Positions 63,914 through 64,000 of a stretch of 64,000 bases of DNA are shown here, piece after piece. Position numbers and translations under genes: made by a program. The stretch covers positions 77,688,001 through 77,752,000 of the forward strand of contig NC_058368.1 in NCBI RefSeq assembly GCF_018350175.1, written 5' to 3'. The notes below the pieces were generated by a model that ran no database searches, was not told the DNA's origin, and worked only from the letters and a program-made list of their open reading frames with translations. The stretch's first letter is position 1; each line of letters starts with the position of its first letter. Source of the DNA: Felis catus (lineage: Eukaryota).

Positions 63914-64000
63914 GGGGGTGGCCTGGATGGCTCAGTCAGTTAAGTACCCAACTCTTGATTTCGGCTCTGGTCACGATCTCACAGTTTGCGGGTTTGAGCC
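63914..64000 (+). mobile_element. Can-SINE head, cut by window end
   Basis: gcctggatggctcagtcagttaag. Confidence 0.9.

Noticed and set aside
1..64000. CRISPR array, prokaryotic system, intact L1/ERV or non-retroviral endogenous viral element
   Set aside because: Mammalian DNA with no repeat-spacer array, no long ORF, and no viral motif I can recognise.

Overview
Felid (cat-family) nuclear DNA, judged from about 30 carnivore tRNA-Lys-derived SINEs, several of the young feline SINEC_Fc type with intact target-site duplications. It also carries L1, L2, MIR and LTR fragments and microsatellites. I find no intact protein-coding gene, RNA gene or CRISPR array, and the ORF track is mostly repeat-derived or chance ORFs. 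The main hidden structure is on the minus strand. A chain of about 25 AG...GT-bounded exon remnants runs from a CpG-rich region at ~37.7-38.4 kb down to and past position 1. Many neighbouring remnants are phase-compatible, but they carry stops and frameshifts. Their translations resemble the multi-RGS-domain proteins RGS22 and RGSL1, collinearly but weakly; I compared by eye against sequences recalled from memory and ran no search. I interpret this as an intron-containing fossil (pseudogene) of a divergent RGS22/RGSL1-family paralog, possibly still spliced as a lncRNA. The region 38.4-64 kb looks non-coding. Repeat subfamily names and boundaries are by eye and approximate.
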